NCBI GenBank assembly: GCA_964016885.1
Contig: OZ024749.1
Location: 48,298,001 to 48,362,000 of the forward strand
Reading direction: 5' to 3'
Length of the DNA stretch: 64,000 nucleotides
Source of the DNA: Eledone cirrhosa
Lineage: Eukaryota
In this document: one piece after another, positions 27,056 to 42,420 of the stretch
Position numbering within the stretch: position 1 is the first letter of the stretch
How the letters are laid out: every line of letters starts with the position of its first letter
The notes under the pieces: model-generated
Databases searched by the model: none
Told to the model about the DNA's origin: nothing
Seen by the model: only the letters and a program-made list of their open reading frames with translations
Program-made: the position numbers and the translations under genes

Positions 27056-30000
27056 GCACAACCACCTCGATCTCATCTAAATAAAAATATAAAATGAGAT
27101 ATATATGGTTGAGTGTTTGTGTGTGCGTGTGTGTAATGAATGGATGATTCACACTGATACCTCATACATAAGCTATACTAGAATTTAACTGAGAAATAAC
27201 TTTCAATCCAGCGATGTGGATTTTATCATTTAGAACATCGTTTCGCGTTCCATTACGCCCACTCAAACTGCAGAAGCAAAACGACATTAAGAAAAGTGTG
27301 TTTAAGGAGTTCTGTCAAGCGGAACTAATGTTGATACCTTCCATGATAAAATATTTTCACTTTACCCCTTGAGTTTAATTCGTTATTTAGCTCGTTAGTG
27401 AACAGCTATAAAACATATAAGCATTCATCCACTACACGGAAAATTATGTATTCACAAATACTTTGCAAACACAAAACATAAGCATGTAAATTCACACATA
27501 GAATATTTTAGTATCTAACCGGTACCAAATGTATATGCTCAGGTATAATCCCGTTTATTTGTGTGTGTATGTATCCGTGTTTTCGTGCCATGATTTATAG
27601 AAATACATTCCGTTACATCAAATTCTTACTATAAAACTAATAACCAATGGAGTTTTAATTATATATGTGATGCCTTAATTATTATGTTAATTTATGTTAT
27701 TGCCGTTTGCCTTCCTGGAAATATACTGGCATTTCAATTTTTTTGAAAATAATAAAATGACTTTTGCAAATTGAAATCCGATTCTCGTAGCGTGAACTTT
27801 TAACAATTGCTAATTAGTCACTTGTAGTACTTAGCCCATCTATGTATATGATTTAACATTTTTTGACATATATATTCCAACGCATCACTGCGTGAGTTTC
27901 TTTTCTCTATTGTAGTCGCTCATATTTTTCTTTAATGCGACTCAAGGGAAAAACACATTTATGCTAGTAATGAGCATGTCTAATTGGAACAATAACTATA
28001 ATTAACACTTCAATTCTGCACTGATTTCTGCGACGGAACAAGTGCACTAAATACAAATTTGTTATATACTTCAGCATTAAACCGAAGTTCTTGTGGCACT
28101 TAGTATATTGACTCATTAATTACAAAGATTAATAATGTGTAAAAAGCAATTATTTTCATTCACTTTAAATACACACATAACTAAGCATATGTACTTTCGA
28201 ACATGATACTTTTTTTATGCATGTATTGTCGCTAAATATGATACGAGTCTGTGTAATATCAAACACAATTAAAAACCGAATTCTACAAGAATTCTATCGA
28301 CGTACTCGGACAATAGATTTCTGAATATGAAACGAAATATGATTAGACGATTCTGTATAAAAAAGAAGGCTGGAAAACATATTCCAGTGCAAAGGGTGCA
28401 TTATGTCCGTGTACAAGAGCAATAAATCATTAAAATCAAAATCTTTATTTGGACACTAAGATTTGGCACATCAGTGTAATTGAAAAATTGTAAAAAAGAG
28501 AAACATAAAAATATATAACTTAGATATTATATCTTTGTGTCATTCTAAATAATATCAAAAAATAGAAACTATCAGTATTTTTCATTTTACAAAGTGATAA
28601 TTTATTTCTAGATTTAAATTTAGTGTAATCAATAGAAATTGATCAATTTATGCGTCTACTTTGATCTATAAAAATGATCTAATCAATTTAATAGCTACTA
28701 TATATGATCAATATCTTAATGTTGAATTATTGATTTTCCTGTTTTAGTTTTCGTGTTTAATAAGATTCGTTTCATAAACTTGTTGAATAGATTTACCCTT
28801 ACTTTAGACGTAGTAAGGAAGTGGATTTGTCTTCTATATTGAATATAATTTATTTGTAAACTATATATATGTTGCCCTGATTTATGACTTATTGGGCATG
28901 CAATGATCTATCAACTTTCATAGCATAATTTTATGTCCAACACGCTTTCTTTACACTGAACACTCTAAAACTTTACGGTCGCGTGACAACATTTTATAGA
29001 CAAATTGTAACTTTTACCTCTTTGGAGAATCTCCAGCATACGCCCTCAAAACCTACCAGTTAGATTCTTATATTATACTGAGTATTCCATCTACCATCTC
29101 TTGCTCTACACCCTCTCTTTAAGAGATTTCTTGTTATTTAGATAACACGCAATCACAAGTAATTTAACATTTTACCTACCATTCAATGATACCCGCATCA
29201 AATTAATATATACACACCATTTTCTATAATTATTACTAATATTTTCACGTGTGCGTATAGCGTCACTCTCTAGTAATTTAAATTTGACCATAGTTAGTGA
29301 ACGTAAAAGGGATTATACATGTGTATACATACGTCCTTGCTTCTGTATGTCTAACCTTCGTATATATTTTCATTTATGTTTGCTCTTGCAAGTATCTGTT
29401 ATTCTGTAACTCTTTTGAATTTCACATATACATTACAATAACTATATTGCTTATTACTTGAAAATAATCATACAGGATGAAATGTGTGCAACATTATATT
29501 TTCAACACATCACATTATTCACAAATGTTCTTCAATTATGTCCAACTATTTAAAAGTGTCGCCTGAAAATAGCACAAAACAACACACAACTAACTTGAAA
29601 TACGACAACAATGTATTTGACAATGATATATGAAACAATATATGAAACAATAAGTAAGTAATGCCTGGAAATACTTTAATTAGATGTAAGTTCGATTTGA
29701 GCAAGGCTGGTTAAATGCAATACAATCAGAAGAGAAGTGAGGTATGGATCTAAATAATCTATGGTTTGTAAGCAAAAATTAATTCAGAAGAAGGCTACAA
29801 GAATACAGTTGGAAAGTCACACATTAAAGTGAATGGAAATAAATATATTCCATTGTTAAATTTCAATATTAAATAGTTCTGTAATACGAGGTAAGATACA
29901 AGTTAACGAATCTTTGAAGAGAGAAAATGAAAGGAAATATATCCATTCATTGTGTCAATGAATCTTTTATATTAAACAAAACAAAGAAACAAAACAACAC

Positions 30001-30723
30001 AATATTACCATTGCATTCACAGATACTGAAAGAGCCGTGGGGTAGGATATTTCATCTAAGGCTCCCGACACCACCATCACCAGCTCGAAAAAGTAAATTG
30101 TTAAAAAGTGTGAGCATTCTGAAATGACAGTTATCTCTTCTAGTTGCGAACCAACAAACCCATCCTCTCTTACATAACCTGTAGTTTGGTGTTTGGTTCT
30201 TCACGCCAATGCCGATCATAGCAACCGATTCTCGATTCTATGTAATATATATATTTCTAACATTTAGTTTCATGAACGCCTGATAAAAACATTCTATGAA
30301 ACATACTTATACTGAAAGAACTGACATCCTTCTTTTTACTTTTATATGTATGATTGAACATGTATGTAGATGCAATTAGAATTTTATATCGTTCCAGACG
30401 CCTCCTCAGAAGCACAAAGAAACAGATCTAACGAGAAACATAATTGTAACCTATATTTCTCGGCAACAGCGGTTTTATAACTTGTCTCAGAGATTGTAAA
30501 TAAGAAATGAGAGGTAAAGAAGCTGGCGAAGAAGCAATCTAGAACTAAGTAAGGTGATACAATAACTGTCTTTGCCAAACTTCACTGAGTCATAATTCAC
30601 CGTGTCTAACATTAATGCCTAACAGATGTGAGCAATGTGCACGTGTGTGTATTATATACACACGCACACATAGGTATATAAATGAATAAATATATATATA
30701 TACATGAATATTTTATATACATC

Positions 30724-30843
<120 letters not shown>

Positions 30844-31373
30844 ATCATTAAACGTCATCAAGCTAGTTACTTTAACCTTTATATTGCATGGTTAAGGCAC
30901 TAAAAAGTGCCAGTAAACTAATCCATAGATTCGTTAAAATACTAAATTTCAACGAGGGAAGAACTTCAGATTTTATGGCATGTTCCTCGATATACTTAAA
31001 TCCTTATACTAGAAAATTAACTTCGTGTATTTATGTCATTTAATTATGGTCCATAAAACAGCCATATACGCTTCGTTTCCTTCTACTCTCTTTGCAGTTT
31101 TTTTTTCTCGTTTCATGTATCATTCTTCATTTAATACTACTTTATATTTATCACACACTTTCTTAACTTTTTCAGTTTAGCTTTTATTGTATTGTACATT
31201 ATGTTGCTTATTTTACATTTCTTGATCTTTCCTGTTGCCAATGCCCCATCTCCTATCTATCTCACTCTCTCACCTTTATCTCCTGAACTCCTTGTCTCTC
31301 TCTTTCCACGTATCCACACCTCGATATATGTATAACACTCTTTATGTATCTGTCTTTCTATCGATTCCTTTTG

Positions 31374-31428
<55 letters not shown>

Positions 31429-31562
31429 TGTGAGGTTTTTTTTACAAAATGAAAAATAACCGAGGTGTCCTACACAAGTGAAAGTATAAAGAAAAAGAGA
31501 TGAAATCGAAAACGCAACTGGAGTCTTATTTAAAATATATATATATATATATTTATTTGGTT

Positions 31563-31600
31563 CCTTTACCGGTTTCGCAGTTCTTCTGTTTTTCAAAAGG
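31563..31600 (-). ncRNA. Mirror copy of the U3-A8 hammerhead
   Basis: CCTT-TTGAAAA-ACAG-AAGAA-CTGC-GAAA-CCGG-TA-AAGG; 4-bp stem I intact, first stem-II pair A.C. Confidence 0.62.
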
Positions 31601-31672
31601 TGAGTTGAGATGGAGGGGCTGTGGTTTTTCTCACAGATGTGAGAAAAACCACAGACCCTCTATCTCAACTCA

Positions 31673-31710
31673 ACTTTTGAAAAGCAGAAGAACTGCGAAA
31701 CCGGTAAAGG
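31673..31710 (+). ncRNA. Minimal hammerhead ribozyme, U3-A8 core variant
   Basis: (A)CTT-TTGAAAA(31677-83)-GCAG-AAGAA-CTGC-GAAA(31697-700)-CCGG-TA-AAGG. Confidence 0.68.
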
Positions 31711-31781
31711 AACCAAATAAATATATATATTTAAAAAGAAAAAATAGGACTCCAGTTGCATTTTCGATTTCATCTCTTTTT

Positions 31782-31831
<50 letters not shown>

Positions 31832-33861
31832 CACCGTCGATGACCGGCTTACAAAAATATTATTTGGCTCTACACTATATCTGTATCTTAATAAAAGAAA
31901 AAAACAACATAATCATTCGCATATGGAACCCTTGTCTTTTGGTGAATCAACCAGTAGATATGTAACATTGGAGAAAATGTAACGTTGGCGAATTAAAGTA
32001 ATGTCTAACGCCCATGCTAAACCATCACCTAAGACAGTAGACGGTTACGCGTACCTGGGAAAGAAGTCCGCAAGACATGGCACACTATTTCCAGAGGTAA
32101 AATGATGGAGTGTGTTTGGCTAGGCGGCTTTCGAAACCAAGAAAACGCTAACGTAATATACCAGTTAGGTACTTTAATACAGGTATTCATTGACCTACGC
32201 CATTCAGGCTACTGCGGGGTTTTGAGCTTGTGTGGGAAAACAATTTCTGATGTAGGATCTTTTTCAATACTCCATAACAATAACTAGTTACAATAGATAG
32301 AAGTATATGGTATGTCTAATGACTACGCTTCGCTTCAAACCTCTTCCTATTTCGTTTGATGACAATGCAATTGTGATGCAGGTGTATGAAAAATGTTGAA
32401 CTCGTAACGCAAAATAGTAGCTCATAGACCACATGCCTCACACCTTCCCTATCTCCCTCGTTTACACACATGCAGATACATAATCACTAGCCACATGAGA
32501 TCCTTATGCGTATATACGCCCACACACGCATACAATTACTCACCTGTAGACCCACAGGCACGCTAACACACACATGTGTATGATAATTGCTATAATTTGA
32601 TATTTTGTGAAACATGCAGGCGCTTTTTTAATTGTATCTCTAAAATATAATACTTCAAGTAAATAAAAGTAAAAAGCATTACACCCTCCAGCTGTAATTT
32701 CTGATTTTCTGTTCTTTTCAAGTATGCTGTAAGAAATATAAAGAAGGAAGCGGCTTATGCTAAATCTATTTCTATATTTTATTCTTTTTTTTTATATCAT
32801 ATTGTACGGACAAGCGACGGATAGAATTCCTGGAGAACATATACTGCAAGGCGTGTCAATTTCTGAACATATTTCTATGATCTTTTAATAGTATAATTTA
32901 TGTTTCTGAAATGAAACGAAACTTTTGGCACCAAAGCAATTATAAATACCCTGCTAACTATAAAGAGCAAGCGTGTCAATGGAGTTACATATATTGCTTT
33001 ACAGAAATTAAATGTTTGCTTTAGCAAAATATCAAAAAAATATCCACTTGGATTTTAATAACACTTTTTAGAAATATTGTTATTCCCATCTCCGAAAGAA
33101 AGGCTTCTGGAATTTAGGTTCTTCCCACATAACTAAAATATGAGTGAAGCTTTGTTGTTGCAAGTATATGATATTTTGTATTTCTTGTCCGGAAAATCAT
33201 TGCTATTCCTTCGGTAATTATTCAATAGCTCAAGGCTACAATAGTTTGAAGATACACACACCGCACTTAATAAAGGTGTTGTACACAAGCAGGATTTACC
33301 ACGAGTATAAATATTCCTATATTTCTCTTCCTTTCATTATCTATATTACTATTTTTGTCGTTCAAGTCCATAATTGATATCTATCATCCGACTTTCTGGT
33401 AGTCATTATTCGTTCCACAGTAGGTAATATACCATCAATTTCCATTGGTTTTGTCGTCCATCTAAGGACCATTTCCATCAGCGCTCAGCTTATCTCTCTA
33501 CTGCCAGAGAGGCGACTATGATTTCTATCTATTCTCATTTATATTCATTTATGCTCATTTTGGAATAGTTTACTTATATAGTTCGCTCTCTTAATGTCAC
33601 TCACAACTAAGCACACATGGATAATACTGACCAATTCCATTTGTTTGAATGACACATATATTCTTGGTTATTTTGTGTTTATTTCCATCTCCTGGTACTG
33701 CTGTTTGATTTAGATGGAAAGACCTCGATAATTCACAATTATAGTCTGCATCGTTCTCAATAATTGGAATACTGTTGATACAGGTGTAAGTAGCGGAGTT
33801 CTGCTGATGAGATTTTCCGTGTCTCTCTCTTTCTGTGTCTCTCTCTTTATCTATCTCAACT

Positions 33862-33923
<62 letters not shown>

Positions 33924-33995
33924 GAAGTCTATAAGTATGAATGTACGTGTGTGTATATATATATACATATACACACACACATACATACATCTATA

Positions 33996-34070
<75 letters not shown>

Positions 34071-34075
<5 letters not shown>

Positions 34076-34126
34076 AACCAGTAACACCGGCTTGAGCTCA
34101 GCTGTCGGGGTCTTACTGGTTCCTAT
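34071..34126. mobile_element. Mini inverted-repeat element, family C
   Basis: ATAGGAACCAGTAA...TTACTGGTTCCTAT (14-bp inverted repeat) centred on TGAGCTCA; abuts (TA)n. Confidence 0.75.
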
Positions 34127-34202
34127 TATCCACCCTACTACCTCAAGTATTGAGTACTTTGGTGCGTTATGGTCCACCTGGTTCCTTACCACATTTCCTT
34201 CG

Positions 34203-34235
<33 letters not shown>

Positions 34236-34767
34236 GATATATATTTAATGCAAGTATATAAGCTTATATCATAGTAATGCGTTGTTTTCTTTCCTCTTCT
34301 CGATATATAATATATAATATGTATGTATTTTGAATCGCTTCAATGAACTTACATGAGTTCCACATAAAGCTGTGTACATATGCCAATATGAAAACACACA
34401 GAAACAGAACAACATATATATATATAGTTGCACTATGAACTCCACGAAGGATTGAATATCTGTGGTTATATATAGGACAACTAACAATGTATTTAAGGTC
34501 ATGTTGTCAAAGATTCTGCGTAAGAAACCTAATCTTTTTTCCAGTAATGTTTTGACATATATGTAATACAATTACATTTCGTTCTTTTACAAAACGTCTA
34601 TTTTGTTTGTGTTTTTTTCTTTTATCGCCATACCTTTTTCAGTTTATTTCTTCTTTTCTAAACGCAGTCTCTATTTTTAGTACCCATATCTGAAGATAAC
34701 GACCATAGATCGTAATTTAATAAATTACCTATGTTATTCACTTACATACAATATTATATTGGTATGA

Positions 34768-34799
<32 letters not shown>

Positions 34800-34873
34800 G
34801 TATATATATATATAATTCAAAACTAAATACACACAGGCACTCCCATATATATGTATATATTATATATGTTTAT

Positions 34874-34986
<113 letters not shown>

Positions 34987-35156
34987 ACACATTTAATGTT
35001 GAATATAATTAGAACGGAAAGTATGAATTGCTGAGCTACACAATTTGTACATACGTATATATTGGGCAATTACATTTCCTTTTAATTTAGGTGCGTAGTC
35101 CTATAAATGTGCCCTTTATGTTTTTCCTACCTCGTCTATTTTCTATTTCTTCATCA

Positions 35157-35220
<64 letters not shown>

Positions 35221-36133
35221 GCTATATGGAGTAATATTATTCATCAACGCGACTTTCGCCTTCTAAACTCCGTTCAGGTAATCTTGCATAATTTCTGTTT
35301 AAATATAGATGCAAGAAAATATGAACCGATATTGCCTCTACGTGTTAGTGAAGCAATGCTCTTAACCCCACAACAAATGACTGCATCCAAACTTATAATA
35401 GGTCTATATTCTAATTGCGGTTTGATGACAAAATAACACGACTTTTTGTTTTGTTATTATTTTTATTCATGGCAATTCTTATTAGTTGTCAATGTTTATG
35501 TTACAATATCTCATTTAAATTCTTTTTTGTTCCTATTGTTATTATTCTTTTGGTTAGCCAAGCAATGTAAGCATTATAATAAGCAGCAGCAAATTGTTTG
35601 AATTCATGAGAGTAACACATTTATTCCAGTTGAATGAATAGTAAATAGTTATGTCGTTGCCTTTTAATTTATCTATTTCATTTGTTTTAAGCAATTAATA
35701 TAGCCTTAGATACTACTTTAGAATCTTCCTTCAGCAAACTAGATGATAGATTGATTCACATCGACCTAGATTACATTATATTGAGTTCGCTTTTTAGGTT
35801 AGCTTAACACAAAAGAAATGCGAATTTATACCGTTGTTAATTAGCTAGAATGACAAAAGCAACAACAAAAAGAAATATGGTTGATTTTCCTTATTATTAA
35901 TTTCCGTTTTCTTAGTAATTAATGTAGGTTAACTTCTATAGTATCGAACATCAAATGTAAACGAATTTTTCGAATCCCTTGAACTGCTAACAACAGTGTG
36001 GCTGACAAACACATACGTATAGTGTGTATATGTGCGTGTGCGTTGTGTTCATCTCTCTCTCTCACCCCCTCTCTCTCTCCCTGTATGTGTACTCTACGTT
36101 GATATATATTTGTTTAAATAACATAGAAATATA

Positions 36134-36213
<80 letters not shown>

Positions 36214-37036
36214 ATATATTGAGAAAAGTACAGTTTAATTGGATATTTTTATGAAGGGCCATAGACAGAATCCAAACTTTTAAATTCAATGAAACTAGAG
36301 CATGTCACGCTAGTAATATTCGCGATATAATATATTAATATATACTATAAAAAAGGAGAATATACATACCCTTTTGAATCATATTCATTATGAAGGAAAT
36401 CAATTTCGAATTATGCATTTACGTACATACATGGCTTGCTTGCAGGCAGTAAAGAAAGAAATTCGTAGCAGAAAAATGATGACCACTTACCTAGAAAATT
36501 GAAATAAATAGAAAGTTTCAAGAACGTTTCAGGAAATGTTATCATATTTTATATTCTGTTATTATTTTTATTAGTATTTTTACGCATTATAAGCATTTTA
36601 TATGTTTCCTTTCTAGGCTTACGTTATTACTGAAATCGAATCCTGATAATGCATATACATGGTACGGTTGAGGAGAAGGAATAATATTGAAAATATAGGG
36701 AGAAAAAGCAAATATTCACTTAAGGAAATGCAATGGGGGTATGGGCAAATGCAATTTATGAATTAAAGGGAAAATCGTACATGAGAATTTAAGTTTAGAA
36801 ATGTATGTCAAATCAAATAAATATACAAATTAGAATAAATATCAAAATATATGATGTAGTTTGCTGGTTACTACATATTTTTCTATATAACGCTTCTGCA
36901 GTTTATTTACAGCGACTCATATGAGTAAAACAGAAAGATGTTTCACGATTTATATAATTGTGTGCAGATACTCAGAGACACACTGTGATAAAGATGCAAA
37001 ACTCCAGAACAACAAGAACCACAATTAAACCATAAT

Positions 37037-37071
<35 letters not shown>

Positions 37072-38642
37072 GACGTCGGCCCATACACTTAAGACTTGAA
37101 CAAAAGAAGGGAACAAAGAAAATATGCCTCATTGAAACGAATAGCGTTATATAACATTTGTTTTACTCTTGCATACTTTATATTCAAAATGATTATATCT
37201 TTCAAAAACTGCAAAGTCATTTGCTAGCTTTGTTTGATTATTAATTAATAGTGAATATATATTTTGTTGATAGAAATATGCTTTACTCTGAGTTAATTCC
37301 ACACGTCCCAATCCCAAATACAAGAAGTAATATAATCAATAGTTTAAACTATGTAGTTAAAAGTAATTGAAAGGGATGAAACCCAGAAGAACAGAGCTGG
37401 GTAGTGAAATATTTAACCATAGAGCGAAATGCGATATCCCCCAGTATTTTCTGTTACATGATGTCGAGGTTCCTAAAAAGCTGCGTGGTTAATTTCGCAT
37501 GAATAAATCGAGATAGAGGTCTCATTTGCTGTCAAATGTGTTCACATGTATATTCCCTCTGCTGAACTGTAAGAAAGAAAGTTTGATTCTGTATATTATC
37601 CCTTATTCAATTTTAATAACAAGTGCAGCTGTTCAGAAATATATTGTGTCAAAATATAAAAGGAATAGAATTATTCTTCAAAACAATATGAAATATATGC
37701 CATTAGCCCTATCCGTAATAAATAATATATATGTGATTGAATATATATAACAACATTAAGTTTGAACTGGGAGTGTAGCAGTTAAGTAGCTTTAAGGAAC
37801 AGAAAATCAATTTCAAATGTATTTCATCCTAGAAAACATATACATTCTTAAACGTAATTTCCTTTCTCGCCAAACATAAACATAGAAACGTATGGGTTTA
37901 GCGAGTAATGCACAACAGTGATATATTCTCTGTTTAGTATATTGATATTAGCTCGAGTGTGTAATTCAATCTGCTTTTTGTCGAGGGAAAATGTTTCTAT
38001 TTCTCAATAGAGACTCTTAATCACCTCGGTTTAGGATTTCAATGAAGGCAAAGAACAACCAAGCTCGTAGTGAAGATATCAATCATTAATGGATATTCTC
38101 GACTACTGTTTTATACGGTTAATTAAAATATCAGAAATGCTTGATATACCATTCAGCTGTACTCGACTACAAAGTTTATTTTTGAAGTTCTTATCCTTGT
38201 AAATGATGCATAGGTATTCGATGAATATTCACCAGACACACTGATCTTGTGATATATATTTTATGTATATCATGTTGCAGAATCCTAATCAATCTTCGAC
38301 ATGGCCTCCATTTACACCCACCATATTTCGAGGAACTGCGTGTATCCAAGGAAAGATATTCATCTCGTCTATAGAGATTACATACACATCACCATCGCAA
38401 TATTCTGATTATTATTTCACTCTCTAGATGGTGTCATCTAATCTTGGCAACTGATTCTTAACATCTTGCGTCAGACTTTATTTTTAAAAGCAAAATATTT
38501 AAAATCTGATTTCCACACCATAAAGTAACACCCGCTACTCCCATTGCGATCTCTCTCTCTCTGCTTTTTCTGTGCACACACACAAACATACACACACACA
38601 TCAACACATACACACATACACATACACACATACACACATATA

Positions 38643-38699
<57 letters not shown>

Positions 38700-39690
38700 A
38701 TGTGCACTTTTATATTATATACACACTGGTGCAGTCTCAGTTACCCACTCTATATAAATACATATACCCATATATATATATATAGATGTATTTGCCTGTA
38801 TATGTGTCCTTCAATATTTCTATCAAAAGTATATTTAAGAATTTATATAACTTTTTCCGATCGTAATCTCAATTTTCCTTTCTTCTCTTTCTCCCTCCCC
38901 AAATCTATTTTATTTCTTTATATTTCTTTATATTTATTTTTTCCACTTCATGTTCTATATCATATTCTGTTTTTGTCTCTTAAAATCATATTCGTGAATT
39001 ATCATGACTTTACCAATCTTCCTTTCTTTCTCCGTTTTCTATCAAAAATTCTGTTCACTTAGAAATACAATACAAACAAAAAATTCAACAAATCATGACG
39101 TTGCTAAAGCACAAAATATATAACATACATCTACTCAGGAGCTATTAGAAATTGCAAGTCAGAAAGCCAAAAGAAATGGCGGAAATCGCTTCCTCTAGTT
39201 AATATTTCGATCCAGGCATTTAAAACACGAGCACAATGCAGGAAATCTTAACCCATACTGTTGCGGAAAGTAATATAACAAAAGAATCAATTAGATTTAG
39301 ACAGGGACATTTTCTCGGCTTTCAGCATCTGATAAATGGACTTGAAAATTTATTCTAGTGAGACATTGTATTTTCCAAAGTTCTGCTATCAAAGAACGTT
39401 CGACGTCTTCAAAGTAAATCAAGATATTACAATTTCAAATACGGTTATTATGATGCTTGCCACTCTGCATTATGCCATTATACAACACACAGCAAGCATT
39501 AAATGTACTTGGCAATATTCTCAATAGAAGAGAATGAAATAAGACATATGTAGTAAGTAACACATACAAAAACTCACAGAGAGTAACATAGGGGGAGGGG
39601 GAAAGATATACTGAAATACATACATACATACACACACATATATATATACGTATGTTTAATATACACATATATATGTATGTTTAATATATT

Positions 39691-39725
<35 letters not shown>

Positions 39726-39746
39726 CTCACTCTCTCTGTATACATA

Positions 39747-39851
<105 letters not shown>

Positions 39852-42305
39852 ATATATATATATAACTAAACACACATACGCACACACACCAACACGCGTC
39901 GACAACCACTTTCGTCCTGTATAAATAAATATATATATATATATATATGTATATATATGTGTATGCGTCTATGAACATGTGTGTGTAACCACATGCTTTG
40001 TATGCTTAAGATTATACATTGCTGATACGGTATATCGTAGCATATTTCTTCCGATGACACGCGGCTGAATTTATTAAATGCATTTGCCTCCTCCGTTCAT
40101 TATTTGGCAGTATTCTTTGCTGCATATTTTGTAGTATTCTGCTCACGTTAAGAGAACCATTCCTTGGGAGACACATTGACTATATTACAAAAAAGTGACA
40201 TTTTCCCACTTGCAGCTGTTCACTCGTGTGAAAATCTACAAATTATGCAATAAAATATAGATGAAACACTGCCATAAAGTTGTAGCTATTGAGGCAGTAT
40301 ACACATAGACAGATATACATCATTCATTTTTATTTATCTTTCCTCGCTCTCTTTCACTCTTCTTAAACAACTTATATCTTCCTTTTTTTCTCCTTGTTTC
40401 TTTGCATCTCTCTCATGTTGCGTGTATATTCACTCACATTATCTCATATATATAAACGCAGCTATAACTCACATATATATTAAGAGAGAGAGATATAGAG
40501 AGGGGGGAGAGGGAGAGACAGTGGGAGAGAGAGTGAGAGTGAGAGAATTCCTGTCTGTGTGTATGTGTATAACACATAGTCCCTCAAACATAAATATTTG
40601 CACACACATGTATACCAGATTTATGGTTTCACTGATGTACGATAAAACACATTTATTTTGTTATTTCTCTTCCAATATTTGTTTCTTGAACATGTTCAAA
40701 GGGAACCTATCATCAAAAGAACCTTACAACTATGACATACCATAAAATCATAAGTAGCTGAAAAACAAAAAGAAACAATGTGTTATTCCGGCCTTGTGAG
40801 ATGGCAATATGCTATGTCACTGACGCTCTCCGTTTGCTTACGTGCTAGAGTATGTCTTACCGTTATCATTTCACGCTGCCTTTAGCTATATACTTCCGGT
40901 CGCCTATCAGTCTCTCACATACTCTTTCCTGTCCAGCTCTTATTCTATGTCTTCTAAATGCCGAGTCACATATAACATCCGTTTCTATTGAATAGCAAAA
41001 GTTACGATATATATATCATCATCATCATTGTTGAACGTCTATCTTCCACGCTAGCATGGCTATATATATATATATGTATGTATATATATACACGGACATA
41101 CACCTCCGGGCACACGCTCAAATAAATACGAGATTGTTTGCAAGTGTGTGTATATGTTTTGGTGTAGGATTTAGAGAAAGAGAGAGCAACAGAAAAAGCG
41201 CGAAACAAATGCAAGCGAATGGGTGTAGAACGAGGTATGCTTACACGCATGTACCTACTCCTCTGTAGTTTGATACGTACGAATATAAGTAACCATCACA
41301 TGGAATAGAATGCGTCTTCACTGTGTCAAGAACTGAACGGCATGAGTGAAGTGAATTAAGTGAATATATACGCTTAATTGATGTGGGCTAAATGATCAAA
41401 TCAGAATCTTAGCATTTTACATCGACATGCGCCGTTTCACCCAAAGTAGTGAGAATGTGCCTAGTCTCTTTAACATTCCTCTACTTTGAGTCAAAAGAAA
41501 ATCAGAATGATTACTGCGTAACAGGTTCGCATGTGTGAACTATTAAACAAAGTATAATTGTAGGTATCGTACCAAGATATTAGTTTTACTATTTGACCCT
41601 ATGACCTTTTCACATAATAATTATCTACGGAAGATCGTCCATGCATGCAATGCTCATCATTAGCAAGCAACAACGGAAACTGAAACAATAAAGGGAAGAT
41701 ATTATCGATATTAACTTGAAATGAAAAAGGAAAATCTTTAGTGTTATTCATATTGCTTCAACTTTTCATACTCGGGTAAATGCCACGTGCGAATATTTCC
41801 ATTGTATGTAGTGGTTCTGAAGTCATCTCATCCAGTAAGAAGAACGTTCCATTATATACGATAAAATAGATGATAAGTGGATGACCTGCTATAATTATCC
41901 TAATATCTTATTGTATTTATGTTTTCTTGGGCAATTTCAATTCTATATTAAGCACTTCCAGATGCCACAAAGAGCGTATCTTGAAAATGAATGGGAAGTG
42001 CGAAGAATTAGATTCACCCATAAAATCGTCGAGTGTCTTTTTTCTTATTCCTAATACGATAATCTGATGTTTGTAATAATTGTTGTACTAATAAATAATA
42101 TTATTTGAAAGTAACACCTGCACCACGATGCATATATATATATATATATATACACATAACATACGTGCCTACACACACACACGCACACACTCACACACAC
42201 ACACTCATATATATATATATATATATAACCATATAAACTCTCTTTCTCAGTGGGCCTCACATATGTAAACTTGCCATATATGTATTCAAGCATATATGTC
42301 TAAAG

Positions 42306-42420
42306 TTCTTCTTCTTCTTCTTCTTCTTCTTCTTCTTCTTCTTCTTCTTCTTCTTCTTCTTCTTCTTCTTCTTCTTCTTCTTCTTCTTCTTCTTCTTCTT
42401 CTTCTTCTTCTTCTTCTTCT
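42306..42420. repeat. (CTT)n microsatellite
   Basis: Perfect tract of ~38 units; source of the poly-K and poly-L pseudo-ORFs. Confidence 0.97.

Larger units (their letters stand above)
31485..31788. mobile_element. 304-bp fold-back element, family F, with variant HHR in each arm
   Basis: Arms 31485-31635 and 31638-31788, 2-nt loop (GA), a few mismatches and one ~10-nt indel; the right end abuts (TA)n. Confidence 0.92.
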
